Below are positions 1 to 8,275 of a stretch of DNA of 32,000 nt, in pieces. Numbering within the stretch: the first letter of the stretch is position 1; each line of letters begins with the position of its first letter. The DNA is taken from positions 90,001 to 122,000 of the forward strand of contig LYOS01000002.1 in the NCBI GenBank assembly GCA_001766815.1. The letters are read 5' to 3'. Source of the DNA: Candidatus Syntropharchaeum caldarium (GTDB lineage Archaea > Halobacteriota > Syntropharchaeia > Syntropharchaeales > Syntropharchaeaceae). A model generated the notes under the pieces. The model was not told the origin of the DNA. It saw only the letters and a program-made list of their open reading frames with translations, and searched no databases. The position numbers and the translations under genes were made by a program.

Positions 1-258
1 AACAATCCTGATACCGATGGTGACGGAATAATCGATGGTGAAGATCCGGATCCAGCGATTATGAACTTCACACAGAAGGTGAAGAAGACCTTCTCTGATA
101 TTTCAGATACCATCTTTAGATCGGGTTCAGAGAATGCGCCGGTACCATCTTCAGAGAGCGGTGCAGAAGAGAAGACGCCAGGGTTTGGAAGCTTTGCCTG
201 GATCGTAGCAGTTCTTGCTATGGGGTATCTGGTAAGAAGGGAAAAAGTTGAAAAATAG
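1..258 (+). CDS. Surface protein, C-terminal fragment (5' end outside window) with Asp-rich calcium-type repeat and PGF-CTERM sorting signal
   Basis: Frame 1 is open from base 1 (NNPDTDGDGIIDGEDPDPA, a thrombospondin-type-3-like D-x-D-x-D-G repeat) and runs into the tracked 61..258 ORF. The C-terminus is T-PGF-GSFAWIVAVLAMGYLV-RREK, i.e. PGF motif, hydrophobic helix and basic tail, which is the archaeosortase A target signature. Confidence 0.75.
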   Translation, partial: NNPDTDGDGIIDGEDPDPAIMNFTQKVKKTFSDISDTIFRSGSENAPVPSSESGAEEKTPGFGSFAWIVAVLAMGYLVRREKVEK

Positions 259-279
259 AAAAGGCTGGATTCACTTAAA

Positions 280-1590
280 TTAAAATATCTGCTGTGGAGG
301 AGTGTTAGCTCCTCCCGGTGTTGTATTCTCAAAGATTGCAAAGTCGTTGCTATCAACGTCTGTATCCATGCCATCGGGGTATCTGCCTGCAGACGCACCA
401 TCTTCTGGTGCCTCAGCATTGTCTGAAACGTCGCCATCATCGAAGTCACCGTATGTAACTCTATCGATCACATTCCCGCCATTTTTCAGGATGATGGTAT
501 CTCCGCCATTGTTGAGTCCGAACGAGAAATCAGTGGACTTGTTCAGCAGCAAGAACCCATTTGCAGGTATTGTTTTTCCGTTTAGACTTGCAGGTGAAGC
601 AGTGTTATCCTCGATCGTCCAGTCATCAAGCGAAATATCCTCGTCCATCAGGTTGTAGAGTTCGATCCATTCTGAATCACCTGGTAAAGGATCTGAAAGA
701 AACTCATTCACAACAACCTTCGGGACAGCATCACCCGCTTCGATCGTAAATGTCCCATCAACCACCCTATGTGTGATCTCATCCACACCGTCTGTGAGTG
801 ATATAACCGTAAGATCGAGTGGGCTTGTGTCACCAATAGCCCCAACTGCTTCAAAGGTAATCTGAGCAAAGACCACATCGCCTGTAAGGCTCGTTGGGAA
901 GTTGAGGGCTGTGTACTGGATAGATCCAGCGCTGTTGTTGATATCTCTATATAGCGGGAAGTTGAACTCGCCATCGGCAACATCAAGCACCTGCACGACA
1001 TCTGGGTCGAAGTTCAGGATGATGTTTGCTCCCAGTCCCTGGTAGAGGTTCTCGATCATGATCGGAACTGTGGTAGTCTCACCTGCTTCACAGCTTAGAT
1101 TCTCTATCGATACGATCGTATCAAGCACGGTAAATGTCCCGTCAACCACTGTATGCGTGATCTCATCCATGCCGTCTGTGAGTGATGTAACCGTAAGATC
1201 GAGCGGGCTTGTGTCACCACCCTCACCAACTGCCTCAAAAGTTACCTCTGCAAAGACCACATCGCCTGTAAGGCTCGTTGGGAAGTTGAATGCCGCGTAC
1301 TGCACATATCCTGCCTCATTATCGATCTGGCTATAAACCGGGAAGTTGAAATCACTTCCATCTATATCAAGCACCTGCACGACATCTGGGTCGAAGTTCA
1401 GGATGATATTTGCTCCCAGTCCGCCATCAAGATTCTTGATTATGATTGGAACGGTCACACTCTCGCCTTTGCCAGCAGCCACATCCTCGATCGAGATGAC
1501 CGTCTCTTCGTTTGCAGCTGCTGTAATTACAAGAGCTGATGCTACAATGAGTATGGCAACCACAGATGCAGCCAGTTTATGCCTCATCAT
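280..1590 (-). CDS. Secreted protein with two tandem cohesin-like modules and a C-terminal lamin-tail domain (LTD)
   Basis: N-terminal signal/TM segment (LAASVVAILIVASALVITAAA). Two ~128-aa repeats follow the cohesin pattern (VSIE..AG..VTVPI.I.NL..GLGANIILNFDPDVVQVLD...GDVVFA.(V/I)TFEAVG..GDTSPLDLTV.SLTDG.DEITH.VVDGTFT). The C-terminus VVVNEFLSDP..SEWIELYN...GDTIILKNGGNVIDRVTYG matches the LTD consensus. An SD (GAGGTGG) lies 6 nt before the ATG. Confidence 0.85.
   Translation of the reverse strand: MMRHKLAASVVAILIVASALVITAAANEETVISIEDVAAGKGESVTVPIIIKNLDGGLGANIILNFDPDVVQVLDIDGSDFNFPVYSQIDNEAGYVQYAAFNFPTSLTGDVVFAEVTFEAVGEGGDTSPLDLTVTSLTDGMDEITHTVVDGTFTVLDTIVSIENLSCEAGETTTVPIMIENLYQGLGANIILNFDPDVVQVLDVADGEFNFPLYRDINNSAGSIQYTALNFPTSLTGDVVFAQITFEAVGAIGDTSPLDLTVISLTDGVDEITHRVVDGTFTIEAGDAVPKVVVNEFLSDPLPGDSEWIELYNLMDEDISLDDWTIEDNTASPASLNGKTIPANGFLLLNKSTDFSFGLNNGGDTIILKNGGNVIDRVTYGDFDDGDVSDNAEAPEDGASAGRYPDGMDTDVDSNDFAIFENTTPGGANTPPQQIF
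742..1509 (-). repeat. Intragenic tandem duplication (period 384 bp) encoding the two cohesin modules
   Basis: Base 746 aligns with base 1130 (gtaaatgtccc...). A 42-nt run, atcaagcacctgcacgacatctgggtcgaagttcaggatgat, is identical at 982-1023 and 1366-1407. Similarity fades toward the N-terminal strand of each module. Confidence 0.85.
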
Positions 1591-1601
1591 GGTAAACCAC
1601 C

Positions 1602-2513
1602 TCAGCGAAGCAGTTCATAGCCAGCAATCCCGTTAATATGTGATGCCAGATAGACCGCATCGAGCAGGTTGACAACACCGCTGCCATCAACGTCTGCAAT
1701 TCTCTCGTTCAGGTCATATCCAGGGACCCCGAGTGCATAGCATCCAAGATACACAACGTCATCCTCATCCACATCACCATCATCATCGACATCGCCGTTC
1801 TTTTTCACAGTGAGCTCAACACTGACCGATGTCTCTGAGAGACCGGGTGCATTTGTTGCGTTGACTGGCAGGAGATACGTACCTGGTGTGGTTCCATCAC
1901 TTGCATTTGTTACAATTGTGTAAACACCTCCGCCAGTATCAGTCATCACTGCTTCACTATCTCCACCTATCTGAGATAGATCGATCGTAACCGAATCGAT
2001 AGCGCAGATATCGGTGACAGTAACAGATAGCTCTGCTTCTTCTCCCCAGAGAGGGGTATCATCCGTATCGTCAGGGATTATCGCAGGATTTGCAGATGGA
2101 TCTGTCACAAGTGGTGGTGCAACTCCGGTCAGATCAACTTTTCTCGGTGGCTGCATGCGCCCCCATTCTGCAGTCTCCTGTGCAGTCATCACCCTTCCAT
2201 CAGGTAGCGTTATCACGAATGTAATTATCTTTCCACGATCATATAGCGTGCCTGTAACCGCCAGATAATTGAGATTGTTTCCATATTCTCCTTCAATACC
2301 TACTGTTGTAGTTCCTCTGAGTTCACCATCGATATACGCCTCTATGATTGTATCTGTGGGCGCGTCAACACCGTTAACGCTCACATTTCCCCAGAATTTA
2401 TTTGGTAGTGCTGGAGGAGGGGAAACCGCTGTTGCTGCTATCACACCAAGCAATAAGAGCAGGCTAATAATAAGAATGCCTCCAGTTACCTTTTTCGTTA
2501 CTTCTTTTTGCAT
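1602..2513 (-). CDS. Secreted protein with Ig-like middle region and C-terminal type-I dockerin
   Basis: The C-terminus holds two Ca-loop/helix segments (NGDVDDDGDVDEDDVVYLGCYALG and ADVDGSGVVNLLDAVYLASHINGI). Signal/TM segment GGILIISLLLLLGVIAATAV. I prefer the start at ATG 2513 (MQKEV...) because GGAGG (2525-2521) lies 7 nt upstream; the tracked ORF extends to 2573. Confidence 0.85.
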   Translation of the reverse strand: MQKEVTKKVTGGILIISLLLLLGVIAATAVSPPPALPNKFWGNVSVNGVDAPTDTIIEAYIDGELRGTTTVGIEGEYGNNLNYLAVTGTLYDRGKIITFVITLPDGRVMTAQETAEWGRMQPPRKVDLTGVAPPLVTDPSANPAIIPDDTDDTPLWGEEAELSVTVTDICAIDSVTIDLSQIGGDSEAVMTDTGGGVYTIVTNASDGTTPGTYLLPVNATNAPGLSETSVSVELTVKKNGDVDDDGDVDEDDVVYLGCYALGVPGYDLNERIADVDGSGVVNLLDAVYLASHINGIAGYELLR

Positions 2514-2790
2514 ACACATGCCTCCATTCCTCGTGGTGGCCAACCTACATCTCTTCAAAAGCAGTCGCATCAAAATGACAAAATGCCATAATTATTTGAC
2601 ATTTCTTGTACTGTTGGACTGCTATATGACCACCAGAAGCGCATCATCGTTTATACTATTTAAAACTATCGATCTCAAATATCGTTGTTCTGATGTGAAT
2701 TTGACAGATGAATAAAAATACAAAAAGAACAAATAAGTCAATCATGGAAGTAATGATAAATTTAAATTGATAAGACCCTGAACTGGATTA

Positions 2791-3480
2791 TTACAATACG
2801 ATGAGTCCGTCGACCGCAAGCACACCCTTCTCATATCCGAGAAGTGGATTTATATCAAGCTCGGTTATCGCTTCGAATGTCTCCATAATCGTTGCAACCT
2901 TCAATATAACATCAATAATCGCCTCAATATCGAGTGGGGGCATCCCCCTGAAACCATCAAGCACAGGCGCACCCTTGATCTCACGCACCATTCTGCGGGC
3001 TTCTTCTCGATCGATGGGAGGTATGCGAATCGATACATCATCGAGAATCTCGGTAAATACACCTCCAAGACCGAAAATAAGTGCAGGACCAAATGTTGGA
3101 TCTCGTTTTGAGCCCACAAGAAGCTCCTGACCCGCTTCTGCCATCTCCTGCACGAGAAATGCGAACTCAATTCCTTCTGCCAGCGCTTGCTCTCTGATAT
3201 TGGAAGCTGCCAGCTCAAGTTCTGCCTCATCCCTGAGTCCCACGTACACACCACCAAAGTCTGATTTGTGACGCACGTCAGGAGAAGAGATCTTTAAAAC
3301 AAGTGGATAACCGATCTTTGCACCTGCTGCAATCGCATCTTCAATTGTTTCTGCAAGTATTTCTTCTGTTACGGGTATTCCAGCTGCCCTAAAGATCTTC
3401 TTTGATTCATACTCTGTCAAAACTCTACCATTACCTGTCCCTACCCCTTCCAGCAGATTTTTTGCAACTTTCGATTGCAT
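2791..3480 (-). CDS. ATP-grasp protein resembling the beta subunit of ADP-forming acetyl-CoA synthetase (acetate--CoA ligase family)
   Basis: 229 aa. N-terminal LTEYESKKIFRAAGIPV...GYPLVLKI.SPDV.HKSD.GGV resembles the ATP-grasp of ACD beta subunits, and the size matches. No alpha subunit is visible nearby. Confidence 0.75.
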   Translation of the reverse strand: MQSKVAKNLLEGVGTGNGRVLTEYESKKIFRAAGIPVTEEILAETIEDAIAAGAKIGYPLVLKISSPDVRHKSDFGGVYVGLRDEAELELAASNIREQALAEGIEFAFLVQEMAEAGQELLVGSKRDPTFGPALIFGLGGVFTEILDDVSIRIPPIDREEARRMVREIKGAPVLDGFRGMPPLDIEAIIDVILKVATIMETFEAITELDINPLLGYEKGVLAVDGLIVL

Positions 3481-3762
3481 TTAAACTTCAATACTTGCCA
3501 GGTCACGGGTGTCGTACCTGAGTTTATTCATATCGATGGTTACAACATCCTTTGCAGCTTTGACCGCCACAAATGGAATGCGTATAAAGTCACCCTCCAT
3601 ATCTAAACCACTTGTATCAAAACTTATATCTGGCTTTATAAGAATATTGATGAGTTCACCTGTTCGCATATCTGCTATAACACTCTCAAGTTTCCCCACT
3701 TCAGTTCCATCAGTTGCCACAACCTTCTTTCCAGTAAGACCTTTTGCATAGATGCTTGGCAT
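3481..3762 (-). CDS. PRC-barrel domain protein (CdpB-like small archaeal protein)
   Basis: 93 aa. GKKVVATDGTEVGKLESVIADMRTGELINILIKPD is the typical PRC-barrel core. Its stop abuts the start of the downstream ATP-grasp gene with 0 nt gap. Confidence 0.8.
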   Translation of the reverse strand: MPSIYAKGLTGKKVVATDGTEVGKLESVIADMRTGELINILIKPDISFDTSGLDMEGDFIRIPFVAVKAAKDVVTIDMNKLRYDTRDLASIEV

Positions 3763-3788
3763 CCAATCACCCCATAATATGATGAACT

Positions 3789-5990
3789 CTATCCTATATA
3801 AGCGTTGGCTTCCACTGATCTCCTGCTGCCCCTGAAAATGCGTTCCATTCGCTCATAGAAGTCACGAGCATTCTCATCCATCGTTGGCTTGACAATTGAC
3901 AGTGCCTCTATAAAATGCCTCATCTTCACGCTGGTGGCGTCAAAATCCTCTCTCAGCGCTATAAGTCCTGCTTCTGTGCATAACGCCTCAATATCAGACC
4001 CCAGATAATCTTCTGTTAGATCTACAAGCTCACTGAGATTGACATCATCTGAAAGCGGCATAGAAGCAGTATGTATCTGGAATATCTGCCTTCGATCCTC
4101 TTTTGATGGTGGCGATACAAAGATGATCCTGTCAAACCTACCAGGTCGCAAGATGGCAGGATCAATTGCATCATAGGATCGGTTCGTTGCAGCAAGCATA
4201 ACAACTCCTTCAAGCCCCCTGATTCCATCCATCTCCGTTAGAAGCTGGTTCACAACCCGTTCTGATGTCTGTGACCCATTCATGCCTCTGGCGGGTGCTA
4301 TTGCATCAATCTCATCGAAGAATATTATAGAGGGTGCAGCCTGCCTCGCCTTCCTGAATATCTCCCTTATTCCGCGTTCTGATTCTCCGAGCCACTTTGA
4401 CAAGATCTCAGGACCATTGACCGCGATGAAGTTTGCAGATGACTCATGTGCGATAGCTTTGGCAATGAGTGTCTTGCCGCAACCGGGCGGACCGATCAAG
4501 AAGATGCCACCTGAAGTTTTAATTCCCATCCGTTCAAGATGCTCGGGGTATTTGATTGGCCACTCAACCATCTCAATAAGCTTCTTCTTAACATCTTCAA
4601 GACCCCCAACATCCTTCCAACCAACCTTTGGCGTCTCGATAAGAACGTCTTTTATTATCGATGGTTCGAGATCGTTCAAAGCCATCTTGAAATCTTCGGA
4701 CGTTACAACCAGTTCTTCAAGCCTCTCTTCAGGTATTGAATCGTCTTCAAGCTCGATCCCTGAGAGGAATCTTCTCAAAGCACACATCGCAGCTTCTCTG
4801 CAGACTGCCTCAAGATCTGCCCCGACATACCCGTGCAGCTTTTCCGAGAGCTTCGCAAGATCAACATCCTTCCCAAGCGGCATATTGCGGGTATGGACCT
4901 GTATGATCTCAAGGCGATCCTCATAATCAGGTACCTTGAGTTCGATCTCCCTATCAAATCTGCCAGGACGCCTCAGTGCGGGATCGATCGCGTTCAACCT
5001 GTTTGTCGCTCCGATCACAACGATCTCACCACGATCCACCAGCCCATCCATGATCGTTAGAAGCTGCGCAACCACCCTCCGTTCGACTTCTCCCGAAACT
5101 TCCTCGCGTTTTGGGGCAATTGAATCTATTTCATCAATAAAAATGATAGAGGGAGCATTTTCACGCGCTTTTTCGAATACTTCTCGAAGGTGTTTCTCGG
5201 ATTCACCGTAATACTTTGATACGATCTCCGGTCCTGCGATATCGAAGAAACTTGCGCCTGCTTCGTTAGCCACAGCTTTTGCGATCAGGGTCTTGCCACA
5301 CCCGGGGGGACCATGCAGAATCACGCCTTTTGGGGGTTTCACGCCAAGTCGGTTGAATACCTCAGGGTGCTTGAACGGCAGCTCTATCATCTCTCGGACT
5401 CGCTGTATCTCAGTTTTCAATCCACCAATATCCTCATAGGTGATTCCAGATAGGTTAAAATCTGTTTCAGCCTCGATCGCGTCGGTGAGAAGTTCAACCT
5501 CTGTATCTGCTGTCACAACAACCGCGCCATCTGGTTCGAGATCGCGGACAACAAATGGCAGAAACTCACCAAGCGTTGTGTTACTCATTACAGGGATAAT
5601 GTCCCCCTTGCAGAGCGCACGTTTCATGATCTGAGCATGTACAAGTTCTGTAACGTTCTTTCCACCAAAGACAACGTGACTTCCTTCAATTGGGGCAAGT
5701 TTGACACGAATTGCATTATTGATTTCCACTCGCCTCAGAACAACCCGCTCTCCGATCGCGACATTTGCATTCTCACGAGTGTAACGATCGATCTTCACGA
5801 TTCCTTTCTCCCAATCCTGTTTACTGAGCCTTGAAAGTCGTGCAACCGTCTTTCGTTTCCCCTCAATCTCGATAACATCCCCATAAGAGACTTTTAGATT
5901 GATCACGACATCGGGAGATACAGCTGCTCGCCCTCGCTCAAGATCTCTCGGATACGCCTTTGATACAATAAGATCTACTTCTTCCTTCAT
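3789..5990 (-). CDS. cdc48: Cdc48/VCP-type AAA+ ATPase (N domain plus D1 and D2 AAA modules)
   Basis: Two Walker A motifs (GPPGCGKT twice), two Walker B motifs ([16 protein letters not shown]) and second-region-of-homology arginines (RPGRFDR twice). ATG 5990 is preceded by GAGGGGTGA. The tracked ORF starts at GTG 5996, which overlaps the upstream stop. Confidence 0.95.
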   Translation of the reverse strand: MKEEVDLIVSKAYPRDLERGRAAVSPDVVINLKVSYGDVIEIEGKRKTVARLSRLSKQDWEKGIVKIDRYTRENANVAIGERVVLRRVEINNAIRVKLAPIEGSHVVFGGKNVTELVHAQIMKRALCKGDIIPVMSNTTLGEFLPFVVRDLEPDGAVVVTADTEVELLTDAIEAETDFNLSGITYEDIGGLKTEIQRVREMIELPFKHPEVFNRLGVKPPKGVILHGPPGCGKTLIAKAVANEAGASFFDIAGPEIVSKYYGESEKHLREVFEKARENAPSIIFIDEIDSIAPKREEVSGEVERRVVAQLLTIMDGLVDRGEIVVIGATNRLNAIDPALRRPGRFDREIELKVPDYEDRLEIIQVHTRNMPLGKDVDLAKLSEKLHGYVGADLEAVCREAAMCALRRFLSGIELEDDSIPEERLEELVVTSEDFKMALNDLEPSIIKDVLIETPKVGWKDVGGLEDVKKKLIEMVEWPIKYPEHLERMGIKTSGGIFLIGPPGCGKTLIAKAIAHESSANFIAVNGPEILSKWLGESERGIREIFRKARQAAPSIIFFDEIDAIAPARGMNGSQTSERVVNQLLTEMDGIRGLEGVVMLAATNRSYDAIDPAILRPGRFDRIIFVSPPSKEDRRQIFQIHTASMPLSDDVNLSELVDLTEDYLGSDIEALCTEAGLIALREDFDATSVKMRHFIEALSIVKPTMDENARDFYERMERIFRGSRRSVEANAYIG

Positions 5991-5992
5991 TT

Positions 5993-7042
5993 TCACCCCT
6001 CAAACAAACTCTTCTGATAGCTTTTTATTCGTTTAACTGCATCCTCTGCTATCGCCGGATTTATCTCGTACCCAGCACCATCCCGTTTCAAATCCCTTGC
6101 AGCAACCAGAGTCGTTCCTGAGCCCAGAAAAGGATCAAGCACCGTCTCTCCGATGAAACTGTATGCCTTTATTAGCCTGTAAGGCAGTTCATAAGGAAAT
6201 GGTGCAACATGATCCCGTCTATCTCCACTTCCCTCTGGATTTATCAACCACACATCACTCTTCTTAAGCGAGAGCCAGAACTCTTTATCGAGCTTTGATG
6301 CTTCCTTTGCTTCAGGAGTGAGGTGTGCGTACTTTCTATAACCTGCTGGAGATGGCTTCTCAAACTCAAGGATAAACTCATGGGCATGATTCAAAAGGAT
6401 ACCACCAGGATAGGGGTACGTCCCAAAATGCGCCCTTACCGAGTTTGTCTTATGCCAGATAATATCCCGTTTGAAGATGAATCCGATCCTCTCACAGAGG
6501 TCGATCGTTCTTCCCACAAGATTTAAAGTTTTAAAACTCCCCTCTGTCCTTATCGGCAGGTTCATGATATTGATAAATGCCTTTCTTCCGGGCTGTAAAA
6601 CCCTGAAGACCTCCTCCCAGACATTGCTGATCTCATCAAACCATTCATCCAGGTCATGAATATCGCCAAGATCGCTCTCTATAGGCTCTCTGGAGTACAT
6701 CTTTGCATTAAAATACGGTGGAGAGGTTACCATTAAGTGTATCGAGTTATCCTCTATCTCAGACATCACCTGTGCATTCCTGACATAGATACGTTGACTG
6801 GTCCCGTTGACCTCAATGACGCTGGTTTCGCCGAGCACACTGCCTGTTTCATTCCTGCTAAACCCCTCGACTTCAATTTTCTGTAACGCATCAAGTGTGA
6901 ATCGATATTGTCCACTGGCTGATCTGTACGTCTCTATGGCATTTCGCTTAACAAGCTCATGGAGGTTACTCACCGATATTCCAAGATATTTTGCAGCTTC
7001 TCCTGATGATAGGTAACTTCTATTCCTATAATCTGTTATCAT
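5993..7042 (-). CDS. DNA methyltransferase, beta-class N4/N6 family (SPPY motif, N4-cytosine type likely) with N-terminal helix-turn-helix
   Basis: Motif IV is MVTSPPYFN and motif I is DPFLGSGTT near the C-terminus, which is the beta-class order. The N-terminal YLSSGEAAKYLGISVSNLHELVKRNAI is a MerR/excisionase-type HTH. The likely start is ATG 7042, in an ATGA overlap with the upstream small ORF; the tracked ORF starts at GTG 7072. Confidence 0.9.
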   Translation of the reverse strand: MITDYRNRSYLSSGEAAKYLGISVSNLHELVKRNAIETYRSASGQYRFTLDALQKIEVEGFSRNETGSVLGETSVIEVNGTSQRIYVRNAQVMSEIEDNSIHLMVTSPPYFNAKMYSREPIESDLGDIHDLDEWFDEISNVWEEVFRVLQPGRKAFINIMNLPIRTEGSFKTLNLVGRTIDLCERIGFIFKRDIIWHKTNSVRAHFGTYPYPGGILLNHAHEFILEFEKPSPAGYRKYAHLTPEAKEASKLDKEFWLSLKKSDVWLINPEGSGDRRDHVAPFPYELPYRLIKAYSFIGETVLDPFLGSGTTLVAARDLKRDGAGYEINPAIAEDAVKRIKSYQKSLFEG

Positions 7043-7203
7043 CGCTTTATGACTATTTTTATCTCTTTCCACTCTTTATCAACGCCATTGAGTTCCCCCA
7101 CAAAGCCGCCAATAACGCCAAGTGTCAGTCTTCTAACAAATGGATTTGTATCAATCTCCTGTCCGTCAGCAACAATCGTAACCTCAATATCCTTCTCATC
7201 CAT
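7039..7203 (-). CDS. Putative small protein, 54 aa, unknown function (below the 60-aa ORF-track cut-off)
   Basis: My own translation is MDEKDIEVTIVADGQEIDTNPFVRRLTLGVIGGFVGELNGVDKEWKEIKIVIKR. GGGGGAG lies 5 nt upstream of the ATG. It begins 17 nt after the moaA stop, and its TGA overlaps an in-frame ATG of the methyltransferase (ATGA). Confidence 0.45.
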   Translation of the reverse strand: MDEKDIEVTIVADGQEIDTNPFVRRLTLGVIGGFVGELNGVDKEWKEIKIVIKR

Positions 7204-7220
7204 GATGACTCCCCCTCGTT

Positions 7221-8168
7221 TTATCCTTTAAAGAACGGTTCTCTCAGAGCCAGTGATCTCATAAATGCGTCCATGATGGCATCATTTCCCAGATCCTCGA
7301 TCGCAACGAGGTTATCATCCCTCAGGAGACATGGTTTAAACTTTCCGTCAGATGTCACCCTCAATCGGTTGCAGTTTGCGCAAAACTCCGAGTTATCCAT
7401 CGGACGCACCACTTCCACCTCTACTTCATCTATTAAATACTTTCGCCTGTGGTGCATCGTTCTACACCTGATTGAATCACATTTAAGAGCAAGTTCGCTT
7501 TCAATCGCCTTCATGTTACCCCTCAGTTCTTCAATTCCGTTAAAATCAAGCAGTTCAATGAGCTGAAGTATCACCGATCCCTTACCCCAGCGGGCATTGA
7601 GTTTGCGGATGTATTCCACCACATCCCAGATCTCATCATCGTTGATACCCTGTAGCAACACAAAATTGAGTTTAAGTGGAGAGAATCCAAGTTCACATGC
7701 CCTGTTAATCCCTGCAAGGGTGCGAGCAAGCATTTTTCCAGGTGCACCGGTAATCCGCGCATATCGCTCAGCCCTCAATGTATCAAGACTCACGTTTATA
7801 CGAAGTCCACAAGCTGGAAGCGATGGTGCGACATCTTCAAGGAGTGTGCCATTTGTTGTGAGTGAGATATCACTTAACGCTGGCAACGCTGCAAGAATCT
7901 CCGGGAGGTCATCTCTGAGGAGTGGTTCCCCTCCTGAAAACTTGACTCGATCAATACCAGCAGTAGTTTTCAGTACCTCAACGATCTTTACAACCATCTC
8001 TGCGCTGATCTCGTCATTCTGCTTCTTATTATTATGATTCTCACCTTCGTGGTGACAGTACAGGCAATTGAGGTTACATCGCTGGGTAAGTGATATCCTG
8101 AGGCTCCTTATCTGCCGACCATACAGGTCACAGAATATCCGAGGTTGTTTCATCGTATCAGCGCGCAT
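7221..8168 (-). CDS. moaA: GTP 3',8-cyclase MoaA (radical SAM, molybdenum cofactor biosynthesis)
   Basis: CNLNCLYCH radical-SAM cluster motif, GGEPLL, a C-terminal CxxC (FCANCNRLRVTSDGKFKPCL) and about 300 aa length. An alternative start is ATG 8153. Confidence 0.9.
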   Translation of the reverse strand: MRADTMKQPRIFCDLYGRQIRSLRISLTQRCNLNCLYCHHEGENHNNKKQNDEISAEMVVKIVEVLKTTAGIDRVKFSGGEPLLRDDLPEILAALPALSDISLTTNGTLLEDVAPSLPACGLRINVSLDTLRAERYARITGAPGKMLARTLAGINRACELGFSPLKLNFVLLQGINDDEIWDVVEYIRKLNARWGKGSVILQLIELLDFNGIEELRGNMKAIESELALKCDSIRCRTMHHRRKYLIDEVEVEVVRPMDNSEFCANCNRLRVTSDGKFKPCLLRDDNLVAIEDLGNDAIMDAFMRSLALREPFFKG

Positions 8169-8275
8169 GCTCTACATCAGCTGATTGGAAGACGTTACAT
8201 AAAAATATTATTAAAAATGACCTGTACGGATAACATTTATCAGCTATCTGCAGATTAAGTTAATAGGTGTCTTTG

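Noticed and set aside
302-1636. Plus-strand ORFs (302..658, 561..749, 1058..1336, 1346..1636) antisense to the cohesin gene
   Set aside because: Their translations are Ser/Pro/Thr-rich and low-complexity, with no start-site signals. They are shadows of the strongly supported minus-strand gene, and their duplication simply mirrors the cohesin repeat.
2577-2717. 46-codon ORF (MTKCHNYLTFLVLL...) in the intergenic region upstream of the dockerin gene
   Set aside because: It has no SD, lies in an AT-rich promoter-like region, and is the tail of a long antisense frame. There is no recognisable motif.
6991-7566. 191-aa plus-strand ORF spanning the moaA 3' end and the intergenic region
   Set aside because: It is antisense to moaA and to the small ORF, its composition is low-complexity Ser/Leu-rich, and it has no SD.
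5993-8168. Possibility that the methyltransferase is part of a restriction-modification or other defence cassette
   Set aside because: The neighbours are MoaA and Cdc48, with no endonuclease-, helicase- or specificity-subunit-like ORF on either strand. The only unexplained ORF is 54 aa, too small for a nuclease.
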